From assembly GCA_000934665.2 (NCBI GenBank), contig KZ538790.1, forward strand, positions 1-47,853: a DNA stretch of 47,853 bases. The letters run 5' to 3'. This document shows, one piece after another, positions 12,884 to 24,316 of the stretch (position 1 is its first letter; each line of letters starts with the position of its first letter). A program made the translations under genes and the position numbers. The stretch comes from Catajapyx aquilonaris (taxonomy: Eukaryota). A model generated the notes under the pieces. The model saw only the letters and a list, made by a program, of their open reading frames with translations, searched no databases and had not been told where the DNA came from.

Positions 12884-13924
12884 ATGTCACTGATGGCACT
12901 AAAAATTAAAAAGGAGGAGGTTGAGGATCAATATGGGATGGGCATTACTATAGATGAGACCTGGCAATTGCCTCTGCAGGAGGACACCCCAACCTGGTTT
13001 TATAGAGACTCCACGCTAAGAGAGAACAAGAACACACAGTTGTGTGATATAAAGCAAGAACCAGTCAAGGAGGAGGAAGAGATGGTGGTGACCCCAACCA
13101 GGGTAGTTGAAGATGAAGACGACCCTTTAGCAGTTGATTCAGAAAGTGTAAGTGGGATATGTATTCTTCTGAAATTTCGATATAAATTTACACTACCTTG
13201 TAATTCCGATTGCTTCTTGAATTCATTTTGAGCTGCCCTGAAAGAACCCAACCCCCAGTATGTATAATGTGAATAATACACTCTCAGACACACTGCAAAA
13301 TGTGAACTCTTCACCCTATCCATACTGAATGACAGAAATATTGATGTACTCTGATTTACGTTTCAGATCGTGCAAGAAGGCACAGATGATGTAGAAGAGG
13401 ACAGGATCCAGAAAGGGAGCAACAAAAATTCCTGCCATACCCAGAGTTTTTCCAGTCCACGTAGCATGCAAAGTCATACTGGCAAGACTCCGCTTCATTG
13501 TGAAGTGTGCCAAAAAAAATTTAATCGACGATATAATTTGAAAGTACACATGCGAATTCATACAGGAGAGAAGCCCTTTCAGTGTCACTTGTGCCAGAAA
13601 TCTTTTTCTGTGGCGGCTAGTTTGAAAGCGCACAAGCTCGTTCACACAGGAGAAACCCCAGTCCATTGTGAGGTGTGCCAGAAAAAATTTACTCGACGAT
13701 GTAATTTGAATGTCCACATGCGAATTCATACAGGAGAAAAGCCCTTTCAATGTGACTTGTGCCAGAAAAATTTTTCTGTGGCGTATAGTTTGAAAGTACA
13801 CAAGCTAATTCACAGAGGAGAAACCCCATTCCATTGTGAGGTGTGCCAGAAAAAATTTGCCCATTCTAGTAATTGGAGACGTCACAGAAAAACTCATGAA
13901 GGTCGGAAAATCCACTCCAATTGA
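12884..13924 (+). CDS. C2H2 zinc-finger protein, 273 aa, exons 12884-13147 and 13367-13924
   Basis: Acidic N-terminal exon (IKKEE, IKQEP, VKEEE, EDDPLA) joins in phase 0 via GTAAGT...TTTCAG to five CxxC-x12-HxxxH fingers with TGEKPF-type linkers. An acceptor (TTTCAG) 4 nt before the ATG implies an upstream exon. Confidence 0.9.
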
Positions 13925-13938
13925 AGGGTTCTCTGCAC

Positions 13939-14833
13939 TAAGAAGGTAAGTGCACTTACCTTATTATAGGTTTTTCGCTTTAAAACGCTGGAAAATATAG
14001 TTATTAACTACCTACTGCAAAAATCTGTAAGGCCTACGTGGCGTCTTTATGTGGTATAAAGGCTAATGACGCAAGCCTTGCACCTGTATCTGGGCGGAGT
14101 ATGGGGGTGGTGTCACGGCGCGCCGTGAATAAGGCAGGTGTCACGGCGCGCCGTGACACAACCCAGCACAGCTGCACTGGTCAAGATCAGAAAAACACGA
14201 ACGTAGACCTACAGGGTGTACCAAAAAACACGAACGAATTTAAGAATAATTCTGTCGAATAAGCGGAATGAATAGGTTGTGATGTTACCCTACGTTTTGC
14301 GATCACTTATTCATATTTTGAGGCTCTTATCAAACTAAGGCCTACAGGGTGTAGTCTACTAAAAACTCACTATGGAATTATTTAAGAACGTGTAGAATAA
14401 ACATTACAAGCAGGTGAAAATAACAATTCCCAATGTTTTCGCGGTCCTAATTTTGATTTTCAAGTTATTTTGAACCAGGACATACAGGGTGCTCCATAAA
14501 AAGGCCATCCATGTTGCATCATCCACTCCGTCCGAAGTGATGGTTTTTTAGCAGCCAGCAGACCACTCACCCCTCCAACCTCCCTTTGAACGACGTGCTT
14601 TGAACGATTCGTCAGTGTAGGATGCGTTTGTATAGGCTACTCCTCATCGGAAGCGGTGACGTCACTAATGGATGTTTCTTAACCGGACGGCTCATGGCGC
14701 CCGCGCCGAAGGCGCGCAAGTGGGGCGAAGCGAGTCCAAAAATTATGTTACTCGAAACAGCCTCTTTATTTTTATTATTAAATTATTTTTTTTCCTAAAC
14801 GAGAAGACTGAAGGAGGCGGGTTATCCTTCTTA
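13939..14833. mobile_element. Unclassified interspersed repeat
   Basis: Short inverted ends TAAGAAGG / CCTTCTTA, three internal TACAGGGTG motifs, palindromic GCGCCGAAGGCGC and a GCGAAGCGAG motif. Confidence 0.4.
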
Positions 14834-14996
14834 AAACTAAAGGTCGTGGTCCATGCCGTTTTTCGAATACAAGATTAAACGTTTTCCGATTATTCGGATA
14901 ATAATCGGTTCAAAAACATGTATAAACGTAAATAAACGTGTACACGTTTGGAAACGTTTACACGTGTACATGCACCCGTTTAAATGTGTGCGGTGC

Positions 14997-15277
14997 GACC
15001 GAAGCAGTGGTGGCGGAGGGGATATTGTATCCGACTGCTAATCGGGAGGTCCTGGGTTCGATCCCCGGGGCCGGCAACCCTAACCGTGGTTTTCTGTGGT
15101 TTAACACGGTCCCACCAGGTAAATGCCGGGGTTGTTTCCTAAAATAATAGGCCACAGCCGCTTCCTTCCGTCCCTATCCTATCCCCAAAAGCGAAGTAAA
15201 AATGCAAAGAAAGAGTTCCAGTCAAAACAAAAACTCCCCCCTAAAGAGCCGCCGGCTGATAACGGGGTATGATATTA
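14997..15277 (+). mobile_element. tRNA-derived SINE (family B), full length
   Basis: B-box GGTTCGATCCC; body CCAGGTAAATGCCGGG...AGGCCACAGCCGCTTCCTTCC resembling insect SINEs. Perfect 17-bp TSD TTAAATGTGTGCGGTGC at 14980-14996 and 15278-15294. Confidence 0.88.
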
Positions 15278-15459
15278 TTAAATGTGTGCGGTGCTACGGT
15301 TTTCCGGTGAAACGTTTCATTGAACCTACGAAACGAATAGCGTGGGTAGGAGGCGAGCAAAAAGATAGGAATTGTAGGACGCTGGCAAACAATGATATTT
15401 GGCACAAAGGTCCATGATAGTGTGAAGAAGAGAAGTGAAAGCTAGAATGTAATACGTAA

Positions 15460-15634
15460 AGGCCATTTCACAAAAAAAAATGTCGCGCGGCAAACGGCGC
15501 GACTTGCGGCAAATTTTTATTTATATTTATTGTTGCCAATTGTTGGCAACAATAAAATTTGCCGCAAGTCGCGCAGTTTGCCGCGCGACATTTTCTNCCG
15601 TTTGCCGCGCGACATTTTTTTTGTGAAATGGCCT
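15460..15634. mobile_element. PIF/Harbinger (Tourist-like) palindromic MITE
   Basis: TAA|AGGCCATTTCACAAAAAA...TTTTTTGTGAAATGGCCT|TAA; almost entirely self-complementary. Confidence 0.82.
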
Positions 15635-16126
15635 TAAGCCCTCATATGATATATATTTAAATTTGAATGTTGCCATTTGGCAATTATTTTGCATTCCAAA
15701 TGACCAAAACAAGTAACTGAAAAGTGCAGGAATCTTAATATTCTCATTTCATTGGTTATGGTAGATGGTGGGCAATTTTCAGAGTTACATCTGGTTCACT
15801 GCAATTGAGTTGAAGAATAATAATGTTTCCAAAATAGCTCAGAAGGGTGCACCGCAGGTCCAATTTACCGCCAACCCCCCGCGGCGGTACAGGCATCGCC
15901 GCAGAGGAAACTAACAAACCGTTTCAACGTATAATCGGTTCGAGACGAATAATCTGCGAATAATCGTCTTGTGTAAACAGGAAAACCGTTTTTAAAAACA
16001 CGTGTAATCGCGTGCTGCCGATTAAACGTTTCTGATACACCCATATCCTAAAAACACGTTTATACGTATACACGATTATACGGATAATGGGGACCTTTAA
16101 TTAAAACAGCCAGTTAAAACACTTAA

Positions 16127-17401
16127 AGGAAGGGTTCAGTGATGATGCATGTTGGGCTCAAAACATCAAGTAAGACGCCCTGATTCTGAATATCCGGTCC
16201 GTTTTGCTAGCAAATGCACCGTAAGCGTAAAATTTCAAGTCAAAGTAGATTTTTATATATGACGCATTCCACGTCAAGCGGGCCACCTTTCCGACAAATC
16301 TTTGAGGATCTCGGCCAAATTTCAGTGACATGTACTACTCATCGACCTATGCCGGAAGCCAAATTATTATACCTCTGCGTTGCGTGGTTGCGTAACTACA
16401 GGGTGCGGAATCTACCAATTTATACGGATTTTTGCTTCGCATGCAGTCACTTGGATTACCTAACTCCAAGAGGAGAAGTACAAATCCAAAACTTGATGTG
16501 TGCGTTGGAGACCTAATTTAACGCTCTATGGGATGGCCATACTGACGATTATGCGAATCAAAAATTTAAAGTCAAAAATTGGCGCTCCAATTTTAATTTT
16601 AATTTTTCTCAAACTTGGCCCCTTTTGAGATTTTTTGAATGACAATGAAGCTGGACATGTCTGGCCGTTATTTCCGAAAACTCTACGAGGACGAATTTGA
16701 TCTTTCACGCGCTAGAACCCGAAACGCAACCCGTGAATGGATTTTTGCTTCTCATGCAGTCACTTGGATTGCCATAACTCCAAGATGATAAGTACAAATC
16801 CTAAATTTGATGTGTGCATTGGAAAGGTATTTTCACACTCTGTAAGATGGGTATTCTCATCTTAATAAAATCCAAAAAATTGGATCCAAAATGGCGTCCG
16901 AAATTATGATGTTTCACATTTCTCATTAATCTACCCATACGGTTTCTTTTGAATGGCACTCGAAATTGCACCAGAAATGTTTTCTAGAGATTTCCGCAAA
17001 ATGTGGAGCACAAGTCCCATTATATGCCACCTACAAAACATGTTATGCATTTTAAGTGCTTCTGAGAAAGGAGTTGGCTTCGGGATTTTTTGAGAATTTT
17101 TATTGAAGTGTAAGAATAATAATAATAATTTTTTAAAAAAAACCTTTCACGGGGATACATGATGAAGTGGACATTTTTCGCGCTAAGCGCGCGGGCAAGC
17201 GGGAGCAGCCCTCCAGTTCCTAAGGTCCCGAGGGCGTCGCTGGCGGATGGCCAGCTTCTAGAGCACTATTTGAATTTCCCCTCTTTGACCCCTAGCCCTG
17301 GGATTACCGTTCCGCGTAGAGAAAAACGGATTGCACCTTCGGATTCAGGATTTTTTGCCCGATTTTTATAGCCAAGCTTCTTTTTTGAGTGGAGTGTCCC
17401 T
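16127..17401. mobile_element. TTAA-flanked non-autonomous element (Kolobok-like)
   Basis: TTAA|AGG...CCT|TTAA with weak TIRs; internal ~310-bp direct duplication (~16425 and ~16737). Removing it restores the reading LKHLRCTLCEMVFT. Confidence 0.55.
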
Positions 17402-17405
17402 TTAA

Positions 17406-17840
17406 GGTGCACTCTGTGTGAAATGGTATTCACCAAGGAAGAGTAGTTTTGTCAGGCATGGTTCTACTCACACTGGGAAATGGCCCTTTGAATGTGACGT
17501 GTGTGTGGTAAGGCTCTTCGTCAGGCAAGTACTTTGAAACAGCATAAGTTGCTACACGTTCAAGGGGAATCTCATGTTTGTGGATAATGTGGGAAATGCT
17601 CTTTATCATTACACGAAGAGTCATAAGATTCTACCAAAACTGGTCAAATGCCTCCGTTGTTCTAAGTCGTTTACCAGGAAGAGAATTGCAGAGGCCCACA
17701 TTCGGCAGAGGCACACTGGGGAGAGGCCTTATGTTTGTGACATTTTCGGGAAAAGATTTGCAGGCAACGAAATATCAGACTACATGTCAAGGATTCAATG
17801 TATACATGGTAAGGAAAAGCCACTCAAATCCAAGACGTGA
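17406..17840 (+). pseudogene. Decayed C2H2 zinc-finger array (about 5 fingers)
   Basis: CTLCEMVFT/RKSSFVRHGSTHTGKWPFECDVC/GKALRQASTLKQHKLLH, then CG*CGK, CLRCSKSFTRKRIAEAHIRQRHTGERPYVCDIFGKRF. Contains frameshifts, a stop and a lost Cys. Confidence 0.8.
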
Positions 17841-18059
17841 GAAAAGTTTTTCAATTCTCGCTCAGGATCAAAATTAATAGTTGATTATTTATTCTGATGA
17901 CTGACCTTTCCTATGTCATGGTGGTGTCAAGACTTTTAAGAGACGTCTGAACCGTCTCAGGCGCAAGAAAAAGTGTCATTATTTCTATGAACATCAAAGG
18001 TATTCGGGACCATTCGAGGAATGTTTTTAAAATGTGGGAGACAATCTCCATTATTTATA

Positions 18060-18830
18060 TGGCTCCAAAAACTTACCATTTTCAAAGAAAAAAATTAATG
18101 AATTTCAAAACTTGTTTTAAAAATGAGGAAAAGTTCATACTTACTCTATATGAGGTCACAAATAAGGGGAAAATAGTGGGACCTGACTCTCATATTCTAA
18201 AGTGGTTGAAACCTTCCAGGATTGATTTTCCAATAATTTTTATTGGACATTGTTCCTCATATTAGATCAACAAGTGAAACTCAGTTTTTAAATATCCGTC
18301 CCCCGAGTAGTTAAAACCTGCTGGGCTCAAAAGTCGAGAATTTGCAACAAATTTTGCATTTGAAATGGCCACAGCAGGCACTAAAAAGTTGCCGGAATTT
18401 TAATATTAATTTTTCAGACATTATAGTTGATGTTGGCCCCAATTGTTTGAGTTGCATCTTGTTCAAGAACGATAATTTCGTTAAAATATTAGTATTATTA
18501 AATATATTGCCAGGAGTTTGGGAGCCAGAAGAATGACCTTTGGATGCATTGGGATTAATATCAAGGTCCAGAACAAACGTTGACTCTATAGAAATTTCTG
18601 CCAGGTGATGAGGTCCCTTCATGCCATGGAATAACAGTTATTTCAAATACAGATATTATGTGCCACAGATAAGTGAGCCAGCTAGGAGTGTGAACTTTAT
18701 TGCTGGGAGTTTGGCAGCCGGAAGAATTACCTTTAAACGCATTAGGATTAAAATCACGGGACGTTCACAACAAACGTTGACTCTAGAAATTTCTGCCAGG
18801 TGATGAGGTCCATTCATGTCATTGACCTGT
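18060..18830 (-). mobile_element. Partial second copy of the 23568-24306 element
   Basis: 18062-18185 is the reverse complement of ~24180-24300. ~18505-18650 matches ~24000-24140 and is partly duplicated again at ~18700-18820. Confidence 0.65.
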
Positions 18831-19287
18831 AAACATTAGCTGCGCCTGAACTCACACAAACTAAGGTAAATTATTGGTATTTATGATCTAACAAACCCAT
18901 GACTCAACTAATTTATTAGACTCCACATAATTATCCTTATTATGTAAACAACACTAGAACAATCTGACATATTTATATCAGGGCATATTATTGTGTATTT
19001 TGTCATTATTGGCATCAGTTCCCATGGAATTAAGTTTGTAGTTGTCCATTCAATTTCATAAAATTTGCCTGCAAATAATTGCTGTGCCTGAGCTCACACA
19101 AACCAAGGTAGACTATTGGTATTCCTTATCTAACAAACCATAACTCAACTAATCAGACTCTACAGATGCTAACAGTGTAAACCAGCTATAACAATCTGAC
19201 AAGCTCAGGGGAGTTTGTCCAAAAATATTAATTATCCTCATCATACATTTGTTGGTATACCATTACAGAGATTTACAGACCACAAAG

Positions 19288-20701
19288 ATGGTCGGGCCAG
19301 ATGAGGTAAATGATGACCAAAAGATGCCAATCAGTGTTCCACAAAAACTCGCCTTGACCAACACCAAAGACAAGATGGATCTGACTGCTTCTATCCTGGG
19401 ACCACATGAGGAAAAAGATGCCAAAGAGATGCCAAAACCCCATATCACCAGTGTTCAACAAGAACTTGCCTTGGGTAACACCAAAGACAATATAGATCTG
19501 ACTGCTTCTATCCTGGGACCACATGAGGAAAAAGATGCCAAAGAGATGCCAAAACCCCATATCACCAGTGTTCAACAAGAACTTGCCTTGGGTAACACCA
19601 AAGACAATATAGATCTGACTGCTTCTATCCTGGGACCACATGAGGAAAAAGATGCCAAAGAGATGCCAAAACCCCATATCACCAGTGTTCAACAAGAACT
19701 TGCCTTGGGTAACACCAAAGACAATATAGATCTGACTGCTTCTATCCTGGGACCACATGAGGAAAAAGATGCCAAAGAGATGCCAAAACCCCATATCACC
19801 AGTGTTCAACAAGAACTTGCCTTGGGTAACACCAAAGACAATATAGATCTGACTGCTTCTATCCTGGGACCACATGAGGAAAAAGATGCCAAAGAGATGC
19901 CAAAACCCCATATCACCAGTGTTCAACAAGAACTTGCCTTGGGTAACACCAAAGACAATATAGATCTGACTGCTTTTATCCTGGGGCCACATGAGGAAAA
20001 AGATGACAAAGAGATGCCAAAACCCCATATCACCAGTGTTCAACAAGAACTTGCCTTGGGTAACACCAAAGACAATATAGATCTGACTGCTTTTATCCTG
20101 GGGCCACATGAGGAAAAAGGTGACAAAGAGATGCCAAAACCCCATATCACCAGTGTTCAACAAGAACTTGCCTTGGGCAACACCAAAGACAATATAGATC
20201 TGACTGCTTCTATCCTGGGGCCACATGAGGAAAAAGATGACAAAGAGATGCCAAAACCCCATATCACCGGTGTTCAACAAGAACTTGCCTTGGGCAACAC
20301 CAAATACAAGATGGATCTGACTACCTATAACATCCTTGTAAGTAACGAACATTTTTCTGCCTGCTTTCTCCACATTGAATATTATGTCTCCCCTCCTCCC
20401 TCCCCAATCAATAATATCAAAAATTAATAGATAGGGTTTAGTAGAGGCCAATCACATGCCAAACTGGACTGTGATATAAAATAGGGTGTTTCCAAACCTC
20501 CCTCAGATATATGCAGGCATATTCCCGTGGGTGTACCTGACAACTAACAGAAATCTGAATACAAGTAATAACCATTGTGTGGGTCGAGAAACAGCTCCTT
20601 TATTCTGAGATAAAGCTATTTGTCATTGCTCACCAATTTTCTAGGTATGAAGGATTGACGGCTTCAACAAACAAATAATGCTAATATATTAGCATTCAGT
20701 A

Positions 20702-20786
<85 letters not shown>

Positions 20787-21991
20787 GTTTTATTATCCTG
20801 CAGGGCTTTGTGGGCCCTTCTGCAGTGCATTCAGTAATAAAATAATAACATCACAATAATTGTTACCATTGTTTTTCATTGTTATTGTCACTTCATTAGT
20901 AACGGCAGCAATGGTAATGTGACTTGCTACTTACACAAATTGGGGTAAAGCTTAATCTCCATGTACAACTCTGTTTCTATGATTTTCAGGCTATTTTTCA
21001 AAAATAATGCCTGAATGCAGCTGTCAGCTGCAAAATTACTACATATAGGCTATCATTAAACTTCTTGTCTTATGGTAATCAAAACATTGGTGGAACAAAC
21101 AAGTTTTTATTCTATTTGGCAATCTCCAACTCTCCATTCCAAACTTATTGTGCTCTTGCCATTGAGGGATCTCATTCTAGTGCCCAATTATGCTTTCAAT
21201 TTATTTTGTTTATGTTATTTTGCTTAAAAGCCAGGCACACACAAGCAAAGCTTATAGCTAAGCTTGTGAGGCATATTTTTTCTGGGCCTTTAAGATGGTT
21301 AAGTACCATACTGTGAAACCTGTGTATAGCAGAATCGCATGGGCCCATAGAATTTTTCCAGAATGGACAGGTTTCCGCTATATCCATCAGAATTACATTG
21401 CATGTCCTGTGCCCGTTCCCAGAAATAATCCCGCAATGGACAAGTTTCCACTACACTCAGGGTCTGTTATGGGCAGCTTCTTACCCTCCCTTGCTCATGG
21501 GCCAAATCATTATGCTAAAGGGTTCCAAATGTACAGTACATGTTATAAAGGTTTGTGGTATATACTCAGCATGGGTGAAAGTATCTCTGAAATTATTATT
21601 CAGTTTTGATTTGTGACAATTTTTGGGACTTATTCCTCCCAAGGCTGTGCATTGGAGGTGATTAGCAGTATTGCCAAACTTCAGTTAAATATCCAGAATT
21701 TCTCAACAGCGCCTGCCAGGGCACCCACCAACTACATATGTTTCTGATGACGATTCGGAGTATGAGTTCATCGAGACTAGTGAGTCCGAAGACGAGGAAG
21801 ACGATATATCATGGGACCTGCCTCCTGGAGAATTGGAAGAAGAAGAGTCGGAAGAGTCGGAAGAGTCAGAAGAGTCGGAAGAGTCGTCTCTCCCTGACTG
21901 GTCACTTACTGAGGAGGACTGGTCTGACACAGACAGTGCAAACACCTATACCTCGTCCATATCTAGCGACTCCACTGAGTGTTGTGCTTAG
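19288..21991 (+). CDS. Orphan tandem-repeat protein with acidic Ser/Glu/Asp tail, ~443 aa, exons 19288-20337 and 21710-21991 (upstream exon possible)
   Basis: Open frame through the repeats ends at CTT|GTAAGT (phase 0). TTTCTCAACAG|CGC opens a 93-codon acidic exon ending ...STECCA*. AATAAA at ~22228. Confidence 0.62.
19378..20313 (+). repeat. 117-bp tandem repeat, 8 full copies plus a degenerate leading copy
   Basis: 936 bp = 8 x 117; unit translates DLTASILGPHEEKDAKEMPKPHITSVQQELALGNTKDNI. Confidence 0.97.
20703..20785. repeat. (AAT)n microsatellite
   Basis: Directly visible. Confidence 0.97.
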
Positions 21992-22839
21992 AAGGGGACT
22001 TATTCCATCGCATAGTTGCATTCTCCAAGACTGGCCAGAAATTTTTCAAATGGGCTCTACAGACAAATATTGTCCCATGATTCAAATATTTTCTCAAACC
22101 AGTGTTACAAAGTATACCAGGCTATAAAATCACTACCTCCTTGCCTGAAGTTCACGTTAGCATCAAAGTTTGATATAACTACACATAAGTGTGTTCTATG
22201 TCATGCTCAAAGATGGGGTTTTTTTTAAATAAAATTATCAAAGTCAGCACTGTGTTTGCATTAATTATTATTAAAGGATAAGGTATTGTGGGTAGCATTT
22301 CTCCTTGCCTAAAAATCAAAACTGTCTTATGTTTTATACATCAGCTATTAATTGGAAGACATTTTATCTGCCACATTAAAAGCTCTGTAGTGTACATGTC
22401 ATATTTAAAATGCTGTAGAATTATTATCATGCTCTCCAGACCTGTGGGGCCCATTTGCAGCTCTATAGCACAACAAAAATAATATGATTGTTGATTTTTT
22501 ACAGAACCCTTGACCTAGATTTTGTTGATAATATATCTTCTCTAAATTACTCAGCACAACATATTATTACAGAATTTGTTGGAGGTCGTTCTTCCTTATA
22601 TGAGACATGTTAACCATGCAGTTATAGCTCTCTTGTGTCAACATTGTGGTTGCCAGCTTGCAAAATACATTAGTACACCAGCTCAGAACACAATAAGCCT
22701 TACAAGGTGACTAGTTGCTCTAGTTGATTATGGTAGTTTTAGTTAGCTCTACTACAAAGATAAAGGAATATTAATATTAGCTTTGTGGCGTTGCATTATG
22801 CATATTTATGTAAATGTTTGTGCATATCCTTCTGGTTAG

Positions 22840-23032
22840 AGGGCGACACGGTGGCATAGTGGTTAGCGCCACACCCTTCCACCTCTATAAGGTCCCGAGT
22901 TCGATCCCCGGGTCGGACGGAGGATACTTATGTGGATAGAGTTTCGATGGGTTCTCTCCGTGTTCACGTGGGTTTTCTCAGGGTTCTCCCGTTTCCTCCC
23001 GCTATCAAAATCATCACAGCAAAGTCAATGAT
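22840..23032 (+). mobile_element. Second copy of SINE family A, interrupted at its 3' end
   Basis: Closely matches 2783-2975 by eye; interrupted by an element starting CAGTGCCGGATTTAC at ~23033. Confidence 0.85.
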
Positions 23033-23567
23033 CAGTGCCGGATTTACGGCAAGGCAACTTGGGCAGTTGCCTAGGGCGCCAGATTTCAAGGGGCGGCAAA
23101 TTTAGGCATACGGATTTACCATTGGCAGAATAAGCAATTGCCTAGAGGCAGCCGCAAGTTGCTATAAATATTTTTCAAATAGGCTACAATAATAGGGAAT
23201 AATGGCGACATCAATTAAAATTTTCACAAATTTTGCTGGGAGGTTCCCGGCGCCGGATTTGCCACTAGGTAGAAAAGCCTATAGGGAAGGCGATAAGTTG
23301 AAAGAGTTGAAAATATAAATTTTTGTATAAAATTAATAAAATTAAGGAGATAACTCGGTAAAAAAATGGCAAATTTAAGCAGCATTGGGGGGGGGGGGGN
23401 NNNNNNNNNNNNNNNNNNNNNNNNNNNNNNNNNNNNNNNNNNNNNNNNNNNNNNNNNNNNNNNNNNNNNNNNNNNNNNNNNNNNNNNNNNNNNNNNNNNN
23501 NNNGGGGGGGGGGGGGACATGATTTGCATGAAGCTCTTTATTATTCACATAATAATTATGACATGTA

Positions 23568-24306
23568 TGGGTGATTCTCCAAAAACTTACCAATACCATG
23601 TCCCGGCATAATAACTCAAAAATGGCTTGACTGAGAGAGTTGATTTTTTAAACATTTGGAGAAGCAGTTGACACCTAGCCATCCCCATAAAAACGAAGAA
23701 AAATATTAAATTAAGTTTAACTGAAAAAAATGTCTAAGGGCCTAAAATCACTATTCTTGACATGTCCCGATCTCATTTTAAAGCATGCTATATTTTCTTA
23801 CAATTTTATCATTAACATTAGACAAGTTTCAATACTATAATTAAATTGTACATAGTTGAAGGTATAAAACAACATTTTTAAAACGATTTATTCATTTGAC
23901 ATGACCTTGCTGCATCACTCCAAAGTGTGTCCCGAGTTTTCCCGGAAATAAAAAGTTCACACTCCTGGCTCATTTTTCTGTGTCACATAGTAGCTTAAAT
24001 GTTTTGAAGTAACTGTGATTCCATGGCATGAAGGGTCTTCATGAACCCACAGAAATTTCCATAGCCAACTTTTGTTCTGGTCCTTGCTATTAATCCTATT
24101 GCATGCATAGGTCATTCTTCTGGCTCCCAAACTCCCGGAAAGAATATTCACTCTCCTGGCATTAGAATATCAGAGTTAGTTCCCCATATTTTTCCCTGAT
24201 TTGTGACCTCATATAGAGTACGTGAGAATTTTTCCAGATTTTTAAAACAAGTTTTGAAATTCATTAATTCTTGCTTTGAAAATGGTAAGTTTTTGGAGAA
24301 TCACCG
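23568..24306. mobile_element. Non-autonomous TIR DNA transposon
   Basis: TIR GGTGATTCTCCAAAAACTTACCA / TGGTAAGTTTTTGGAGAATCACC; related copy at 18060. Confidence 0.75.
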
Positions 24307-24316
24307 TATACAAATA

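Noticed and set aside
13316..13801. 161-aa minus-strand ORF
   Set aside because: Usual antisense shadow of a C2H2 zinc-finger array.
19378..20313. CRISPR-like array
   Set aside because: Head-to-tail repeats with no unique spacers, in a eukaryotic context with no cas genes.
19273..20451. 392-aa hydrophobic antisense ORF over the 117-bp array
   Set aside because: A stop-free repeat unit stays open when multiplied; splice and poly(A) signals support only the plus strand.
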